Of a DNA stretch of 64,000 nucleotides, positions 6,862 through 17,658 are shown in pieces; position 1 is the stretch's first letter, and the number at the start of each line of letters is the position of its first letter. The stretch spans positions 64,509 through 128,508 of the IMG/VR virus record IMGVR_UViG_3300040801_001812; one strand, 5' to 3'. The translations under genes were made by a program, and so were the position numbers. This stretch comes from a virus. Below the pieces are notes generated by a model. It worked only from the letters and a program-made list of their open reading frames with translations, was not told the origin of the DNA and ran no database searches.

Positions 6862-9800
6862 TTAGTACCGCGTCCGGATACCCGGATTACCGAAGAGCTT
6901 GAAGAGGTCAGCCGCGATGGGTGTTCCATCGTTCAACCGGTTGCGCTCTTCAGCACGGTAGGATGAGAAGATGACCAAGTAGCCCTCTCCGTCGATCTCG
7001 ACGATGGCCGTCGAGAAGATGACGCGAGGGACTGAGATGGTCTTAAGTGGGAAGGTCTCCAGCGTATCGAATCCGGGGAAAGTACCCGTGGCTTCGAACC
7101 CACGCTGTGAGTAGTCCAGCGGAACGTTGTCTCCCCACTCGGTGGAAATGGCACGCCCCGGACCCTGGATGAAGAACACCCGGTTGAAATCGAAGCGGGA
7201 TCCACCGCCATAATAGGGGTTGATTTCTTGGGCCGAGGCGGGGTAGCGGTTGATAACCGGAAGCCGTGCATATGGGGTACCGCCCGTTTCCCCCGTGATT
7301 GGAAGCGGCTCCGGAGCAAATAGATACTCATCAGTCACACGCGGTGACTTGTTCGGTGAATCGATAGGGGTTGGCAGGTGCGCCAGCATGTTGGCGTAGA
7401 AGCCCATCCCGCCATCCTGTGTGACAGTGGTTGGTGTACCACGCCCAAGAGTGGAGATGTAGATCATGTTGGTGTCGGACACATAGTGCCGCCCATAGAC
7501 TCCCGACTCGTTGATGAAGCGCCAGCAACCTTGGTACGGAGCAAACCGCGCCTGGTAGGTGCAAGTGATGGTCGCTGGTGGCGCGATCAAATAAGAGATC
7601 CGTCCAGTACCCCGTTCCACGTTCGGGAAGTAGCGGTAGCCCCGAACCACCCGGTTGTTGTAGGTGTCAGCGAACCAGAGTTCGTCATCGTAAACCACTA
7701 CACCACCAGGACCGGCCATCGAAGCCTTACCGCGACCAACCACCGCAGGAGAACCGATCTGACCGAGAACGGTCAGGGAGGTCGCATCAATTGCCGTGAG
7801 GGTGTTAGTCGTCACATCGGCAACGTATAGGATATCGTCCTTCAGGTGAACGGCTCTAACGTTTTCCCACTCAACCGCGAGGTCAAGATCGATGTCCAGT
7901 GGCAGGTCCGCAGTATCGTACAGGAAGTTAGTCGAGATCTTACCGGACACCGGGGTGAACGGCTGCTCGTAGACCTGCATCGAAGTAACGTCAGCCAGCA
8001 GAACGTAAGCGTTGCCGTTATTGGCGAAACGAATGTTGGCGGGCCAGGATCCGCTCGGCCAGTTCTGTGGGTCATACAGATCGTTGGCTGCGGCCACCAT
8101 AGTGCTTGTGTCGATGTCGCGGATGAACCCCGCAGTCGAGTTACCATCCAGTGAACCACCACAAACGTACAGGTGGGATTCCGTGTCGTCCAAAGCCATA
8201 CCCCAAGGAGCAGTCACACCCACAGCAGCGGGATATGCAGAGGTCTTGCTCTGGGTCACAAGGTCAGCAGTTGCTGTCAAAGTTGGGGTACCCGGAGTCG
8301 GATCGACCTTCAAGACCTTACCGGTTAGGAAATCACCTACGTAGATGACGTTACCCGCAGCGTTAACCTCCACGTCGTGGCAGAAGGTGAACGTGTGGCC
8401 CCCAACGGCAGTCACATCCCAGTCCTCAGACCAGCTTGCCGTTGTACCGCGAGATGCAGCAGTTGGAAGCGCGATCTTACGAAGATGGTTCTGACCAGCG
8501 AGATAGAGCTTAGCCGAAGTACCCGAGTCTGGGAACAGGGCCATGCCGGTAACAGGTTCTGTGTCGTAAGCTCCAACATAAGACAGGTCAGCGGCGTCAA
8601 GGACAACAACACGGCCCTCTGTTGCAGGCCCTGGTTGCGTGTAGTCCGCAACGTAGACCAGGGCAGCGTCAGGGTCGTAGACCACATCCCGTGGGTTGTT
8701 CAGGTGGCTAGAGTCAAACCCGCTCACACCATCTTCGCCGAAAGTAGCAACGAGCTGGAAGCCCTTGTTGAACTTGAGGATCTGCTTACGATCCGCAGCA
8801 ACGCAGTACTTGTTCTCGTTGGCATCCTCTTCGATGGCAACCCAGTCGTCGCGGTAGAACTGCTGCATGTCCGCGCCCATCATCGAACCTAGGATGGACT
8901 CGATGCTCATTTGCGTCGGATCCACGAGGACGATACGACTTTCGTCAGCAACGTAAACGTACTCGTCACCACCGACCGACCCTACGTCGAGACCCATCGG
9001 CTGGATGAACTGTTCCTTACTCGAACCGCTGGTACCATCACCAATCTGAGACACATAAGTCAGTGAGCTATTAAGCTTGACCAGCCTATACAGGCCCGTA
9101 TCCGCAATGAAGACGTTACCCGAGCTATCGACCGTGACGCCCTCGGGGTTATACAGCCGGGTAGTGTGGGTAGCCGTGTTGGCCGGGGTGTTAGCTGTAC
9201 CGAATGAGGCAACCAGCGCGGTTAGTCCCGCGTTGAGTTTCACCACACGGTGGCTGTCTCGGTCGGCAACATACACGTTACCGGACGAGTCGCAAGCTAC
9301 ATCCACCGGGTACCGAAGGTGCTTCGAGGCATCCCACGGCGTGTCGTCATAGTTAGCGGGCGTCGGCCACTGGGCATCGTATTCCAGAGTTGCAGCCACG
9401 ATCCGTGCTACGCGGTTGTTGGCCGAGTCACAGACATAGATGTAGGTGTTCGTCGGGTCAATGCACATTCCAGAAGGCAGGTTGTACCCTGGCTCCAGGC
9501 TTTCGCTGATCTTCCAGAGGACCATGTCCGGGTCGTCCGGAGACCCGTCCTCGTTGCCAGCAACAGCCGTTGCGTAGTCGTTCACGCCGTCGTGGAAAAG
9601 AACGTGGTCGCAATACTTGAGCGGACGAGCGATGCCCGTGCACTCTGGGTAAAGTACCTCGACGATTCCGTCGATAGTACCGTTGGGTTCGTAGGTCGCA
9701 GCCGAAGTGTCGATAGTGGCCGTAGCGGTGTTCGTTCCAAGACCGGACCACACCGAAGAGAAAATAACCGGCTGGCGAGAACCCCTCCACCACAAACGTG

Positions 9801-11856
9801 GATAGGAATCGTTGATGATCGCGCCCTTACCCGAGGTGGCCGAGTACCCAGAAAGCTGAGTGTCGGTGGTCGCCAGGGTGATGACCTTTGTCGAGTTGTT
9901 GTAGCTGATCAGAGGCGAGGGGTTACACGCAGTCGAGGCAGTCACGTCTGTGATGCTGACTGGAACCTCCTGCACCTCTTCCTGGGGCGAGAACAAACGA
10001 CGGATACCATCGTGGTGTGCAACTGGAGCCGTGTAAGCCGCGCCGTCTGAGGGGTCAGAGCTGGTGGACAACCCGATGTCACGTACCGTAGCGATGTTGG
10101 TGTTGATGGCCAAGCCTGAGTACTGGTAAACACGCCAAATCTCAGGAGTCTCGACCCCCCACACCTCGATGAACACGTCTGCGTCACTGTTGTCGCCCGA
10201 GTTGATGATCGGTTGACCGAAGATCGAACGGTGATCGCCACGGATAATGCGGTCGAGAGTGTTCTCAGCCGCTTCGTTCATCCCATAACGTTCGGAGAAG
10301 ACCACAGGGCGCAGATCGATGACGTGCCGGTCGTCCGGAACATCGTGGGACAACCCGTCTGGGCGGTCGGTACCACCGTTCTGGTTGTCATACGCCCAGG
10401 CGGTAGTGTTGAAACGGGACCACACGCAGAGCGGGATCGCGTAGATGTAGCCGTCGTAGGTACCAAGATCCGTTTTCGAGGTTGTGTCTCCTGCGCCCGA
10501 GAACCAGAGGGTACCGTCGTGGAAATCGTTGAGTCCGTTGCTGAAAGCATACCCGGAAACCGGGCTGCTGTTCGGACCACGGGCTTCGACGTTGGTATCG
10601 TCGTCCATCCATCGGGGGTAGTTCGCGTAGTCTACGTCAGGAGCCACACGCAGTCGGTGCTGCACTTGAATGTAGTTGCCGCTTCCAAGGAAGCTAATCG
10701 TACCCTGGAGACGCACGTCGTCGGGGTCGGTGATCGCTTGGTAACGGTAGGCCACTACAAGCTCTTGGCTGGAAGTCGGAGGTGAGCCTCCGGGGGCCGT
10801 TAAAGTCCATTCCCCAGTGTCGTAGTCGATGGTACCGGACCAACCAGAACCACTTACTTCTGTAAGAACTCCTGAACCGTTGTCCATACACACAGGGGTT
10901 TCGGAATCGTAGTCAATATCCCCAGCTCCAGTAGCACGGAGATACACAGAGAACCCCCAGAGGTTTTTCAATTCAGTGTACTTAACAATATCTCGGCCTA
11001 CAACTTGCCCGTTGAAAGATTCTGTTGCGTCATCACCCGCAGCAAGAGTGGCGCGTCCCCAAATACCGAAGTCACGCGATCCGTAGGGATAGAAGCGAGG
11101 ATCGTTGGCGTCCACCTCTTGCAGCCAGACCTCAAGAAAGGCGAGGTCAAAGCGATGCCCTGTTGTTGGAGCGGGTGGGAAGTTAATAGTGATCTGCCCC
11201 CAGTTCCCAAAGGCCAACTTTTTGTCTGCGCTCTGAGAGGCGTCATAAGTACCTCCGTGACAGTTGAGAACTGGAACCACAAAACCATTGACCAACACGT
11301 AAATAGGCTTGGTGTTCGCTTTACGGGACATGCCATCTTGTTCGATCCGCGTCTCGATGGCGAGACAGTTCTTAGTTTCCTCATCTGGCACGTTCTGATT
11401 CTTGACGGTCCACGCTCTCTCAGGGACAAAGAACCCACCGAAGGGCGAGGGCATGAACTCATTGTTTTCCATCGCGAAATTAGAGCGGATGAACTTGTCT
11501 GGGTAAGGACCGTTCATAAACCCGCTGGTATATCTCTCCCGCAAGAACGCAGCCGACTGCTGAAACGCGGAGAACTGGACATTCCGGATGTCAAACAGCT
11601 CTTGAAGGAAGATATCCATGTTGTCGAGACGGGAGTCAAGAGTTCCCCAGGTGTATGCACTTCCTGCGGGCCACTGGACACCAACATATGCATCCTCGAT
11701 CTCGTCAACGAGTTCATCCACCGCGTCCTTGATCGCTATGTCGTTAGCAGCAAGGTGATTCAGTGGCCGATTGTCCACATCGTAGCGGTAGATATCAGAG
11801 CTGGTGAATAGCTCAAGACCCGCGCCAGTGGTAATAACTGGTTTGTAGATGGCCAT
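6862..11856 (-). CDS. large tail/baseplate appendage protein with NHL beta-propeller repeats
   Basis: N-terminal DNRPL..LA.ND fibre motif; multiple NHL repeats (P.DVA.DSSGNVYVAD..SHRV.K). Confidence 0.85.
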   Translation of the reverse strand: MAIYKPVITTGAGLELFTSSDIYRYDVDNRPLNHLAANDIAIKDAVDELVDEIEDAYVGVQWPAGSAYTWGTLDSRLDNMDIFLQELFDIRNVQFSAFQQSAAFLRERYTSGFMNGPYPDKFIRSNFAMENNEFMPSPFGGFFVPERAWTVKNQNVPDEETKNCLAIETRIEQDGMSRKANTKPIYVLVNGFVVPVLNCHGGTYDASQSADKKLAFGNWGQITINFPPAPTTGHRFDLAFLEVWLQEVDANDPRFYPYGSRDFGIWGRATLAAGDDATESFNGQVVGRDIVKYTELKNLWGFSVYLRATGAGDIDYDSETPVCMDNGSGVLTEVSGSGWSGTIDYDTGEWTLTAPGGSPPTSSQELVVAYRYQAITDPDDVRLQGTISFLGSGNYIQVQHRLRVAPDVDYANYPRWMDDDTNVEARGPNSSPVSGYAFSNGLNDFHDGTLWFSGAGDTTSKTDLGTYDGYIYAIPLCVWSRFNTTAWAYDNQNGGTDRPDGLSHDVPDDRHVIDLRPVVFSERYGMNEAAENTLDRIIRGDHRSIFGQPIINSGDNSDADVFIEVWGVETPEIWRVYQYSGLAINTNIATVRDIGLSTSSDPSDGAAYTAPVAHHDGIRRLFSPQEEVQEVPVSITDVTASTACNPSPLISYNNSTKVITLATTDTQLSGYSATSGKGAIINDSYPRLWWRGSRQPVIFSSVWSGLGTNTATATIDTSAATYEPNGTIDGIVEVLYPECTGIARPLKYCDHVLFHDGVNDYATAVAGNEDGSPDDPDMVLWKISESLEPGYNLPSGMCIDPTNTYIYVCDSANNRVARIVAATLEYDAQWPTPANYDDTPWDASKHLRYPVDVACDSSGNVYVADRDSHRVVKLNAGLTALVASFGTANTPANTATHTTRLYNPEGVTVDSSGNVFIADTGLYRLVKLNSSLTYVSQIGDGTSGSSKEQFIQPMGLDVGSVGGDEYVYVADESRIVLVDPTQMSIESILGSMMGADMQQFYRDDWVAIEEDANENKYCVAADRKQILKFNKGFQLVATFGEDGVSGFDSSHLNNPRDVVYDPDAALVYVADYTQPGPATEGRVVVLDAADLSYVGAYDTEPVTGMALFPDSGTSAKLYLAGQNHLRKIALPTAASRGTTASWSEDWDVTAVGGHTFTFCHDVEVNAAGNVIYVGDFLTGKVLKVDPTPGTPTLTATADLVTQSKTSAYPAAVGVTAPWGMALDDTESHLYVCGGSLDGNSTAGFIRDIDTSTMVAAANDLYDPQNWPSGSWPANIRFANNGNAYVLLADVTSMQVYEQPFTPVSGKISTNFLYDTADLPLDIDLDLAVEWENVRAVHLKDDILYVADVTTNTLTAIDATSLTVLGQIGSPAVVGRGKASMAGPGGVVVYDDELWFADTYNNRVVRGYRYFPNVERGTGRISYLIAPPATITCTYQARFAPYQGCWRFINESGVYGRHYVSDTNMIYISTLGRGTPTTVTQDGGMGFYANMLAHLPTPIDSPNKSPRVTDEYLFAPEPLPITGETGGTPYARLPVINRYPASAQEINPYYGGGSRFDFNRVFFIQGPGRAISTEWGDNVPLDYSQRGFEATGTFPGFDTLETFPLKTISVPRVIFSTAIVEIDGEGYLVIFSSYRAEERNRLNDGTPIAADLFKLFGNPGIRTRY

Positions 11857-11872
11857 TTAGTTCCTCCGAGAC

Positions 11873-14059
11873 TTAGACGAAACCTAAGCGTTTTTCGCGT
11901 TCGCGTTTCTCTTTAATGCGATCTCGCCGTCGTTGACTGATGTTTGTCGTTCTAGACTTAACCGCCCGTTTATGGGTAGCCTTGAACGGCGTGGTGTGCA
12001 CGTACTTACCTTCTCGTTTAGCCTGTGCCCGAAGTGCACGGCGTTGGAGAGGGGAGAGTCCTTGGTTGAGTGCAACGCCTGTTGGGACGGGGTTGTACCC
12101 ATACTTCTTGATCGGTGTTCTCTTTCGAGTCTTACGTGCCATAATCTCCGCAACGCGTTCATTCTCCTTCTTGCGTTGAAGAATTCGCTCGGCATCGATG
12201 ATGTCAGCACGCTTCCTCCGGGCGTCCATATTCTCATGGTCAAACCGATCCAGTGTTCCACCGATCTTTGGCTCCCATCCGGTGGCTCTCTTCCGCTCCC
12301 TGTAAGCAGCAGACCTGAGTTTCATCTTGTTCTGGGTCTGCGGGTTCCATGAGGATCCAGACTTACGGGCCAGCTTCCTAGCTACGGGGAGACTGAACTT
12401 CTCCCTACCTTGAATTAAGCGTTCTCCACCATGGAAGGGGGAGTCAAAGTACTGTAGATAGATGACAGCCGGTATCAGGGCGAACTGCCTTTGTTGGTTA
12501 CCACCAATAAAAGTTCGAACAGGGCCGTTCAATGTGGCTCTCACATGGAGCTTGTTTGTTTTTCGCCCCACAATACCTAAGTCCCGGTTAGCCGCAAGTT
12601 TAGAGTGGGCCAGATAGTCGGCGATATTTTGTGGATGGAGCTTCAACCCGAAACGCTCACGTAGGTTACCCACCAGAGGTACCCAGAGTCTACGGATTTC
12701 TTCATTGCTATTCACAAAATTATAGTTCGATTTTCGGAGATGTCGGGTGAATCTGTCCCAGTCGTTTCCGTGGTAACCCAACCCCTTAAGGATCGTTTTA
12801 TCCCACTGGTAATTTTCCGACGTACGTGGGGGTTGGATCGTCCACTGCGACTTATGCCGTTTGGTTTTCGCTGGCTCAGCGGAGTAGCCGGGGAAAAGTT
12901 TGCGTCGATCTGCGAGACGGGTTCCGTATTCATGTTCCGACGCCATAAGCCACACGTACCACATGAAGGCTTCTTTCGCGGTACTCGCGACGTTGGCGTA
13001 GGCTGATCGGAAAGCACGCCGATTGCCGGTCAGCTTATCATCAGGAGCCTTCCCGATGAGAGCACGGCGCGATTGGTGAGCGTGCTCGTACGCCTCGCTG
13101 TGCTTCTCTTCGTCTTCGGGGCTGAGACCTCCCCCGGTTTGAGCTTGGATGGCCTTCTCTTTCTTCTCCAGGCGCTCTAACTGAAGTTCCCACTTGGATA
13201 GGGCCTGCCTGATGACAAACCAGTTGTATGCCTTTTTCCAAGCTTTTTCCTGGAGACGAGTAATGGCCTCTTCAAAGTTAGGATATTCTTTGGGAGACTC
13301 CAGCGGGACAAAGTTCTCAGAATTGCTGAGGAGTCTGTTCCATTTGGCGCTCTTGAAGTACTTCTTCAGGTCATCGAAGGTTAGCCCTTTAGAGACGAAG
13401 TGCATGTCGGCGGGGAGCATGGGAGCAAATTTGTTAGTCCCCGTCACGTGACCTGGAGCAGACTTATAAGGCCGGATAAAGATGTAGTACGGGACTCCGT
13501 CCAGGTCGTGTACTACAGCCCTGTCCTTCCGGTAGTCTTCCTTCTCAGTGTCAACAGCCCGCCCGATACGCTGGAGGTCGGGGTGGTAGTGCCCCTTGAG
13601 TTCTCGGGCAGAGATGGTATGTGGGTCTTCGATGTCACCCAGATTCATCCTCATCTGACGATCTGGGCCAAAGTGAACACCTGGGTGGGTGTTCAAGTCG
13701 TAGTTAGAGACACCGGGGCGTTGATGGGCTACGGGACGGGATCTCTGAAGATCGTAATCCTGTAGCATTTTGCGGATAGCCCCCTTGAATGTAGAGGGGG
13801 CCATCTTCTGGAGGTAAGCATTACCCTTCTTGTGGGCTACGCCCTTCAAGGCACTCATCACACGGCGTCGTGCAGCTTGGTGTTGGTCGCCGTCTAGGTC
13901 CATCTCTTTAAAGACGGCAGCTACCTTCTGCTGCCAAGGCATACGAGCCGCGAAATCCGGCCCCTTAGCAGGGAGTCCCCGGTGCTCGTAGTCAAGTCGT
14001 TGTTTGATTTGGCTACGGTTCGTGGGCTTTTTAGCCTCGTGAAGAAGGTAGAAACGCAT
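11873..14059 (-). CDS. large basic hypothetical protein, putative internal head protein
   Basis: K/R-rich. Start at the TAATG overlap (14059) gives MRFYLLHE-AKK. Confidence 0.7.
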   Translation of the reverse strand: MRFYLLHEAKKPTNRSQIKQRLDYEHRGLPAKGPDFAARMPWQQKVAAVFKEMDLDGDQHQAARRRVMSALKGVAHKKGNAYLQKMAPSTFKGAIRKMLQDYDLQRSRPVAHQRPGVSNYDLNTHPGVHFGPDRQMRMNLGDIEDPHTISARELKGHYHPDLQRIGRAVDTEKEDYRKDRAVVHDLDGVPYYIFIRPYKSAPGHVTGTNKFAPMLPADMHFVSKGLTFDDLKKYFKSAKWNRLLSNSENFVPLESPKEYPNFEEAITRLQEKAWKKAYNWFVIRQALSKWELQLERLEKKEKAIQAQTGGGLSPEDEEKHSEAYEHAHQSRRALIGKAPDDKLTGNRRAFRSAYANVASTAKEAFMWYVWLMASEHEYGTRLADRRKLFPGYSAEPAKTKRHKSQWTIQPPRTSENYQWDKTILKGLGYHGNDWDRFTRHLRKSNYNFVNSNEEIRRLWVPLVGNLRERFGLKLHPQNIADYLAHSKLAANRDLGIVGRKTNKLHVRATLNGPVRTFIGGNQQRQFALIPAVIYLQYFDSPFHGGERLIQGREKFSLPVARKLARKSGSSWNPQTQNKMKLRSAAYRERKRATGWEPKIGGTLDRFDHENMDARRKRADIIDAERILQRKKENERVAEIMARKTRKRTPIKKYGYNPVPTGVALNQGLSPLQRRALRAQAKREGKYVHTTPFKATHKRAVKSRTTNISQRRRDRIKEKREREKRLGFV

Positions 14060-14553
14060 TAGAACGTAAACGTCCACGTGGCTACTAGCTTGATCGTGCT
14101 GTTCTTCACGATGTAGCCAAACGCTTTGTGCGCGAACATCAGTGTGCCGCTAGCGTAGTATAACCCAGCCTCAGAGTACTCCAGTGTTCCGGTCCCGTTC
14201 CCCTCAGCGGCCTCAACAGTGGCTTCAAATTGAACCTTCCGGTCAGAAGGCCATGTGGTTGTGCTGGTAACGTCATACGAGAAATTCTCATTACCGTAAA
14301 GATCGGTGTCGGTGACATCCACGGTTTCCATGACTGTAACGTCTGAAGGGTCGTGTCCTCCGTCACCGAACTTCATCGTATCAACAAACCAGTCGCCAGA
14401 GGCGTTGCCCAGAAGTCTAGCGAGAGCTTCCCGACCGTCGTTGACCACGATATTTTCGCCAGTCACGTGCTGTACGAGTCGTCCTGAGGGTGCGTGGAAG
14501 GCTCTTAGGTCGAAAACGCCGACCGGTACCTTCACGGTGTCGAATAGGTTCAT
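14059..14553 (-). CDS. tail fibre attachment/collar protein (P2 gpH N-terminal-like)
   Basis: N.VVN.GR..LA.LLG, FGDGG, SEAGLY...LMFAHK.F..IVK pattern. Confidence 0.75.
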   Translation of the reverse strand: MNLFDTVKVPVGVFDLRAFHAPSGRLVQHVTGENIVVNDGREALARLLGNASGDWFVDTMKFGDGGHDPSDVTVMETVDVTDTDLYGNENFSYDVTSTTTWPSDRKVQFEATVEAAEGNGTGTLEYSEAGLYYASGTLMFAHKAFGYIVKNSTIKLVATWTFTF

Positions 14554-15613
14554 GGTCTTCCTCCCAGAAATTGTGCGCTATGCTTTCTTCGATGGAGATA
14601 AGCGGTTCGTCAAGGGCGTAAGCCACTTCGTAAGGGCAGGGACGTAACTTCCACTCAATCCCCTTTTCATCACTAAATCTCCGAAGAGACCCTCGAAACG
14701 CTGCACTGGCTTTGCAGTTTTTGCAGTGGGCTTCGTTGACACCACCCATGAATCGAGGGCACAACCACGTTTGAGTCTCCCGGTGGAAGTGTCTTCCTCG
14801 ATCCTTGAAAAACTCGATAATTTCATGGAATTCACCTCTTCGAAGCCAGTCATACGTTCGCTCCGCTTCTCCCCATAGGGTGTTCTCTCGCTTTTCGGGG
14901 TAACTCCGTCGCAGCTTGGGTTTGATGTTCCCTGCCGCACATCGGAAGTCTCCCTCTCCAATAAACCCCGTGAGACGCCATAACGACTCAGTAGGGCGGT
15001 CGATAAGGTCGTCGAAATCAACCATGAGATAAGGGACCTCTGGGTGGGCGGTAAACCATTCAGCCAGTTCGATAGAGACGCGAATGAACATCTGGGGGGA
15101 GTGAACGACCTCCGAGTTGATGTCAAACTCTTCGCCCCCTAGCGTACGCAGCTTTTCACGGCCTAGCCGTTCTTGGGACTTCGCTACAGCACGCGGATGG
15201 CGAATCATAACGACGACCTTTTCCACATAGGTCGGGTCCGTCTTCGATAGCCCTTGTGAGACGATCTTGCCAACAAGGGGGCGTTCCGCAGCTTTCACCT
15301 CCGCTATAAGCGAACGCAATTGAGGCTTGTAGCGAAATCCACTAACTGAAAAACGGCCATCTTCCCAGAACCCGTCCGGATTCATGTCGTGATACCGCTC
15401 CTCCTCAGCGTCAGAGGGTAGCTGGTCCTGAACGGTCAGGTAGTACATCCGGAGGGCGTATTGCGCGTCAGACTCTTTGAGGTGCTGTTCCAACTTAGTT
15501 CTCTGGGGCTTCTCAACCCCGAGGATCCGATTTTCACCAAGCGTTGTCCTAAAACAGGACATCATTAGGGAGGTTCCGGATCGGGGACACCCGGAAATTA
15601 CATACAAGCCCAT
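14417..15613 (-). CDS. sulfotransferase-family (P-loop) protein
   Basis: 5'-PSB motif ISGCPRSGTSLM, NPDGFWE, 3'-PB motif IRHPRAVAKS; Cys cluster at the C-terminus. Confidence 0.8.
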   Translation of the reverse strand: MGLYVISGCPRSGTSLMMSCFRTTLGENRILGVEKPQRTKLEQHLKESDAQYALRMYYLTVQDQLPSDAEEERYHDMNPDGFWEDGRFSVSGFRYKPQLRSLIAEVKAAERPLVGKIVSQGLSKTDPTYVEKVVVMIRHPRAVAKSQERLGREKLRTLGGEEFDINSEVVHSPQMFIRVSIELAEWFTAHPEVPYLMVDFDDLIDRPTESLWRLTGFIGEGDFRCAAGNIKPKLRRSYPEKRENTLWGEAERTYDWLRRGEFHEIIEFFKDRGRHFHRETQTWLCPRFMGGVNEAHCKNCKASAAFRGSLRRFSDEKGIEWKLRPCPYEVAYALDEPLISIEESIAHNFWEEDHEPIRHREGTGRRFRPKSLPRTLRTTRTARDWRKYRGQRRSGSSR

Positions 15614-15621
15614 AAGTCTCC

Positions 15622-17658
15622 TTACGTTGAAGCAGTCTCAGGTTTCAACGGGAAGTTGGATGCCCGAGATATGGTAATTGTTTTTCCGTCAACAGTATAC
15701 TCCTTAAACCCCCAATCTCCTATACCAATTCCCTTGGCATAGGCCCCTGTGGGGGATGTCGTTACCCAGGAATCTCCATTTTGTCCCGTAGATGTACCCG
15801 TGTAGTAATAAAAATTCACCGCAGATGACCGAGTAGACCCGTTGAAATTCGCTTCCAAAGCAACTTTATAGAACGATGGTGAAGTCGTTGACCATGCCCA
15901 GTTGAGGACAAGGTTTGTAGGGGCGCTATAAGTACCCCCATAGGAGAACTCATAGTTACTTGGGGTCAATAAATGCACACCCTCAGATAGTCCACCCCAA
16001 GAACCCCCAGAAATGGTAGCGATTATCTGAGGAGTACCGCTTCCAACCGCAGCCGTGGTCGTAGGTTCTTTAATGTACTTCAGGAGTACTTGGTAAGACA
16101 CGCCGCTGAGATCAGAATCCGAGGTACAATAGATCTTGTAGTCCAGTTTGTTATAGGTAAACGACGCCTTGGCGTTAGCCGTAACTGAATCGTCCTCGCG
16201 CCCCACCCAACCTTCTGAAGCGGTGTTAGCGGAGACCTGAACATCAATCACGTGGAAAACGTCGTTGACACCCAGCCCAGAAGCCACAGATTTCGTTGTC
16301 GCGTTCGGTCCTGTTCCAAAATCTACAACCACAGCGTAGACTGGGATTCCTTTGTAGGTGTCTCCTGTGTCATACTCAGCAGTGGTGTACGCCTTGCCAC
16401 CCCCAGACGCTGCATCTTCCCACGTCGGGTTAGCAGCCGCTCCACCAGACGTAAGAACTTGACCAACAGTACCTGCGCTCAAAGCAGCCCAGGCCGAACC
16501 ACTATGATAAAGAATATCCCCCTGAGAGGACGCGGTGGGGAGGGTTTCTAAAGCACTCCACGTGGGCTGACCAGACCCAACGGTAAGAACATCCCCCGCT
16601 GTACCTAGCCCAAGGTTAACCCAGGAGCTGGTATCATCGTCATAGTACACGATATCCCCGTCAGCAATTTCACTACTAGGCAAGCTACCAATATCTTCCC
16701 AAGCAACGTTTGCCCCTGCCCCACCCGATGTGAGAACTTGGCCGTCCGTTCCAACAGCCAGTGCTACCCAGCTAGAACCATTGTGGTATAGGACGTTTCC
16801 TTGTACCCCGGATGGTAAGCCCGACCCGCCAGATTCATCCGCCCAAATAGGATTCGATCCTGCCCCTTGGGTTTTCAGGACTTGGCCACTAGTACCAACC
16901 CCGAGGTTATCCCACGCAGATCCGTTGTAGAACAAGATCTCGCCCTGTGCTGCACCAGCGGGAGCAGGGATCGCAGAAGCATCAGCTACCGCTTCCCAGG
17001 TGGGGTCGGCCCCGGCCCCTTGCGTAGTAAGAACATAGCCAGCAGTGCCGACACCAAGACTAGCCCAATCAGATCCATCATAGTAAAGTACCTCGCCCTG
17101 AGCGGGTGTAGCAGGCTCTGAAATCCAGTCTTTAACGATGTACTCCAGAGCATTTGCCGCTGAGTTAACAGCGACGATACGACCCGACAAATAAGGATCT
17201 GGTGTATCTGACAGCCCGAGGAAGGTCCCCCCGCTGCCCGATACGTCCATAGCAACCCAACCAGTGTTGCTCGTCCCCGACTCTTTAATATACGCAGAGG
17301 TACCCGCCCCGCCATCCGTTCTTAGCGCAAGAGATCCGGGGCTAGCGGTAACGGCCCCCTCGGGAGTTCCCGTAACGAAGTGAATAGCCACATCTGTATC
17401 GGTCTTGTAAGTCAGCTTGTCAGCAATCAGCTCATCAGCCGTCAAAGGAACGGTAGCATCAAGAACGACTCCAGTAGAGACCTTCGCGCTTAGGATGCCT
17501 GCGAACTCGATCTCGTCCTGGCTCAGCCCTAGGAGGGTAGCGTTATCGCCCCCGTCCTTTAAGATTTGAGGAGTAGACGCCGGAAGCCCCGCATTGGAGT
17601 TATCCAAGTACAGGAGATCCAGGTAGTTATCTTTGGGTGCGCTTCCGGTTAGTGCCAT
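15622..17658 (-). CDS. tail fibre protein
   Basis: GTPEGAVTASPGSL..RTDGGAGT..Y.KESG..NTGW motif, five ~48-aa QG.vLY..GS.W..L..GT.GQVL...G...P.W repeats, lower-GC C-terminal tip. Confidence 0.85.
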   Translation of the reverse strand: MALTGSAPKDNYLDLLYLDNSNAGLPASTPQILKDGGDNATLLGLSQDEIEFAGILSAKVSTGVVLDATVPLTADELIADKLTYKTDTDVAIHFVTGTPEGAVTASPGSLALRTDGGAGTSAYIKESGTSNTGWVAMDVSGSGGTFLGLSDTPDPYLSGRIVAVNSAANALEYIVKDWISEPATPAQGEVLYYDGSDWASLGVGTAGYVLTTQGAGADPTWEAVADASAIPAPAGAAQGEILFYNGSAWDNLGVGTSGQVLKTQGAGSNPIWADESGGSGLPSGVQGNVLYHNGSSWVALAVGTDGQVLTSGGAGANVAWEDIGSLPSSEIADGDIVYYDDDTSSWVNLGLGTAGDVLTVGSGQPTWSALETLPTASSQGDILYHSGSAWAALSAGTVGQVLTSGGAAANPTWEDAASGGGKAYTTAEYDTGDTYKGIPVYAVVVDFGTGPNATTKSVASGLGVNDVFHVIDVQVSANTASEGWVGREDDSVTANAKASFTYNKLDYKIYCTSDSDLSGVSYQVLLKYIKEPTTTAAVGSGTPQIIATISGGSWGGLSEGVHLLTPSNYEFSYGGTYSAPTNLVLNWAWSTTSPSFYKVALEANFNGSTRSSAVNFYYYTGTSTGQNGDSWVTTSPTGAYAKGIGIGDWGFKEYTVDGKTITISRASNFPLKPETAST
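16420..17105 (-). repeat. five degenerate fibre shaft repeats
   Basis: Visible in the translation of 15622..17658. Confidence 0.8.

Noticed and set aside
15622-16050. DGR variable region in the fibre tip
   Set aside because: No template repeat or reverse transcriptase in the window and no adenine-specific near-duplicate found
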